From: Oscillospiraceae bacterium
Lineage (GTDB): Bacteria > Bacillota > Clostridia > Oscillospirales > CAG-272
DNA: 64,000 nt
Direction of reading: 5' to 3'
NCBI GenBank assembly: GCA_015064725.1
Contig: SVRQ01000009.1
Coordinates: 1,897 to 65,896 of the forward strand
Positions 62,136 through 64,000 of the stretch are shown here, in pieces (the first letter of the stretch is position 1; the number at the start of each line of letters is the position of its first letter). The notes beneath the pieces are model-generated. The model had not been told where the DNA came from, did no database searches, and saw nothing but the letters and a program-made list of their open reading frames with translations. The position numbers and the translations under genes were made by a program.

Positions 62136-62402
62136 ATGGATAACGAAAATGTGATCGTTCTTATGGACGAAGAGGGCAACGAGGTTGCGCTTGAGGTCCT
62201 TGACGAAATCGAATACGAAGGCAAAAACTACGGCGTGTTTATTTCTACCGATGAAAACGCAGACGAGGTTATAATCCTTGAAATTGCCGAAGACGGCAAC
62301 GGCGAGGCAGAATTCCTCAGCGTTGACGATGAAAAAGCTCTTGAAGCGGTTTTTGCGATCTTTATGGAAAACGCAAAGGACGATTTCGACTTTGTTGAGT
62401 AA
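62136..62402 (+). CDS. DUF1292-family small acidic protein
   Basis: VIVLMDEEGNEVALEVLDEIEYEGKNYGVFIS...EVIILEI...EFLSVDDEKALEAVFAIF matches the DUF1292 pattern (from memory). 88 aa. Confidence 0.75.
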   Translation: MDNENVIVLMDEEGNEVALEVLDEIEYEGKNYGVFISTDENADEVIILEIAEDGNGEAEFLSVDDEKALEAVFAIFMENAKDDFDFVE

Positions 62403-62433
62403 TTTGGCTTGAAAAAAGAAAGGAGGAGCGCCT

Positions 62434-63219
62434 ATGGGCATTCTCGATACACAGGGAAGAATATTCGATATACAGCGTTTCTCCATCCACGACGGACCCG
62501 GCATACGCACGATAATCTTCCTTAAAGGCTGCGCCCTGCGCTGCCGTTGGTGCTGCAACCCCGAATCTCAGGAGTTTAAAATCCAGGAGATGGAGCGCGC
62601 AGGCAAAAAAGAGATAATCGGGCGCGACGTTACCGTGCGCGATATTATGGACGAGATCGAAAGTGACTCTCCGTATTATGACAGAAGCGGTGGAGGCGTT
62701 ACGCTTTCAGGCGGCGAGGCACTTTGCCAGCCTGAATTTGCCGCGGCGATACTTAAAGCGTGCCACGACAGGGGCATCAACACAGCGATAGAGACCACGG
62801 GATACGCAAAACGCGAGGTGCTTGAAAAGGTAATTCCTCACGTTGACTACGTTCTTATGGATATAAAGCATATAAACGGCGAAAAGCACAAGGAATTTAC
62901 GGGCAGGGATAACGCGCTCATCCTTGAAAACGCGAGGTATATTGCGGAAATGGCGGATGATATGACCGTCCGTGTACCCGTGATACCCACGTTTAACGAT
63001 ACGGTTGAGGAGATACGCGCTATTGCAAAATTTGCGTCAAAGCTTCCAAAGGTGATGCACTTGCATCTTTTGCCGTACCATAGACTCGGCAGGGATAAAT
63101 ATACGGGTCTTGGAAGAGATTATGCGCTTGACGGAATTGAACCGTTGCCAAGTGAAAAGATAAATACGCTCTACGAAGCGGCGTGCGAAAGCGGCCTTAT
63201 CGTGCAGGTGGGCGGTTGA
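62434..63219 (+). CDS. glycyl-radical enzyme activating protein (radical SAM)
   Basis: IHDGPGIRTIIFLKGCALRCRWCCNPES (C33-x3-C37-x2-C40). GGGVTLSGGE motif. 261 aa with no additional Cys-cluster insert. Confidence 0.9.
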   Translation: MGILDTQGRIFDIQRFSIHDGPGIRTIIFLKGCALRCRWCCNPESQEFKIQEMERAGKKEIIGRDVTVRDIMDEIESDSPYYDRSGGGVTLSGGEALCQPEFAAAILKACHDRGINTAIETTGYAKREVLEKVIPHVDYVLMDIKHINGEKHKEFTGRDNALILENARYIAEMADDMTVRVPVIPTFNDTVEEIRAIAKFASKLPKVMHLHLLPYHRLGRDKYTGLGRDYALDGIEPLPSEKINTLYEAACESGLIVQVGG

Positions 63220-63233
63220 GCAAACGGATCAAA

Positions 63234-63385
63234 AATGCGTGAAAAAACGTAGGGACAGGCGTCCCCGAATGTTTGTTTTTACAAACGGGAGGAGCAAGCC
63301 TCCCCTACGATGCACGGACCAAAGATGCGCAAAAAAATGTAGGGACAGGCGTCCTCGACTGTCCGTCTTTATAAATGGGAGGAGA
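63234..63385 (+). repeat. two direct copies of a roughly 60-bp module-B-type repeat between the activase and the PduU-like gene
   Basis: ATGCGtgAAAAAAcGTAGGGACAGGCGTCCcCGA...GGGAGGAG lies at 63234-63295 and again at 63324-63385. The second copy supplies the GGGAGGAG RBS of the next gene. Confidence 0.85.
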
Positions 63386-63391
63386 TATTGT

Positions 63392-63760
63392 ATGAATGAA
63401 ATTTCAATGCAGGATAAGATGCGTATAATACAGGAGCTTGTTCCCGGCAAGCAGATAACGCTTGCACATATTATCGCAAATCCCGATCCGATACTTTTTC
63501 AGAAGCTGGGTCTTGACCCGAAGAATGATTATAAGAGAAGCGCCATCGGCGTGCTTACGGTGAGCCCTGCGGAAACCGCAGTCATCTGCGCTGATATTGC
63601 GATGAAATCCTCCGGCGCTGCGGTCGAGTTTGTGGATAGATTTACAGGTACAGTTATTATAGCGGGAACGGTATCCGAGGTGGAGGCTTCCATAACCGCT
63701 ATGGCAGGCTACTGCAAGGATAAGCTCCACTACACAGTTTGTGAAATTACAAAGACATAA
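63392..63760 (+). CDS. circularly permuted BMC-H shell protein (PduU/EutS type)
   Basis: Start moved to ATG 63392; the ORF-track N-terminus is repeat DNA. RIIQELVPGKQITLAHIIANP...GVLTVSPAETAVICADIAMKSSG. 122 aa. Confidence 0.88.
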   Translation: MNEISMQDKMRIIQELVPGKQITLAHIIANPDPILFQKLGLDPKNDYKRSAIGVLTVSPAETAVICADIAMKSSGAAVEFVDRFTGTVIIAGTVSEVEASITAMAGYCKDKLHYTVCEITKT

Positions 63761-63764
63761 TGAT

Positions 63765-64000
63765 ATGAAAAAAATAATTTTTATCGGCAGAGTTGGCGCT
63801 GGCAAGACCACGCTTACGCAAAGACTGCGCGGAGAAGATATAAGTTATTATAAGACCCAGTATATCCATTACGGCGACAGCATTATCGACACACCCGGAG
63901 AATACACGGAACGTGCAAGCCTTGCCGGAGCGCTTGCGCTCTACGCATACGAGGCGGATATAGTGGGTTTTCTTGTTTCTGCGGATGATTCCTATTCGAT
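63765..64000 (+). CDS. EutP/PduV-family GTPase, 3'-truncated by the window edge
   Basis: My translation from ATG 63765 is MKKIIFIGRVGAGKTTLTQRLRGEDISYYKTQYIHYGDSIIDTPGEY... It has a P-loop GRVGAGKT and DTPGE, and stays open to the end of the window. It is absent from the ORF track because it has no stop. Confidence 0.8.
   Translation, partial: MKKIIFIGRVGAGKTTLTQRLRGEDISYYKTQYIHYGDSIIDTPGEYTERASLAGALALYAYEADIVGFLVSADDSYS

Noticed and set aside
1-64000. Prophage, transposon, integrative element, tRNA or rRNA genes, toxin-antitoxin or known defence systems
   Set aside because: I found no integrase, transposase, recombinase, phage structural, Cas, restriction or abortive-infection-like products among the ORFs. 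I saw no tRNA-like T-arm consensus. The only foreign-looking DNA is the low-GC lectin gene region.

Overview
All calls come from reading the sequence and the ORF track; no database search was run. The window looks like chromosomal DNA of a roughly 50% GC Clostridia-type Firmicute. That placement is inferred from operon architecture: infC-rpmI-rplT, plsX-rnc-radical SAM-smc-ftsY, nadD-yqeK-LCP-rsfS-leuS, yceD-rpmF, der-plsY. About 49 kb is densely packed housekeeping DNA, mostly on the plus strand, covering translation, tRNA and rRNA modification, topA, dprA, lipid synthesis and cell-envelope genes. This part also holds a clear RNase P RNA (rnpB, 41395-41764), a minus-strand GH31 glycosidase, and a minus-strand operon for the oxidative TCA branch. 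That operon reads putative Re-citrate synthase, GntR regulator, aconitase, isocitrate dehydrogenase, and a near-perfect 28-bp palindrome lies over its promoter. The right-hand 15 kb (about 49.2 kb to the edge, truncated) is a glycyl-radical-enzyme bacterial microcompartment locus. It has an RpiR regulator, acetate/propionate kinase, class II aldolase, acylating aldehyde dehydrogenase, Zn-ADH, four BMC-H, PduL, BMC-P, a PduS-like protein, PduT-like BMC-T, an 842-aa GRE, DUF1292, an activase, a PduU-like protein and a PduV-like protein. This is the known aldolase-containing GRM class, so it is not a new system. It does show unusual details: Cys/His-rich linkers next to encapsulation peptides, a DUF1292 gene between GRE and activase, a short activase, and repeat insertions. 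The other notable signal is a modular family of GC-rich hairpin repeats that fills many intergenic gaps. It includes 73-bp and 91-bp tandem arrays and creates many spurious ORFs or ORF extensions. A low-GC island (about 7.3-8.7 kb) encodes a secreted ricin-lectin protein with a possible caspase-like domain. I saw no tRNA, rRNA, CRISPR array, transposase or integrase.
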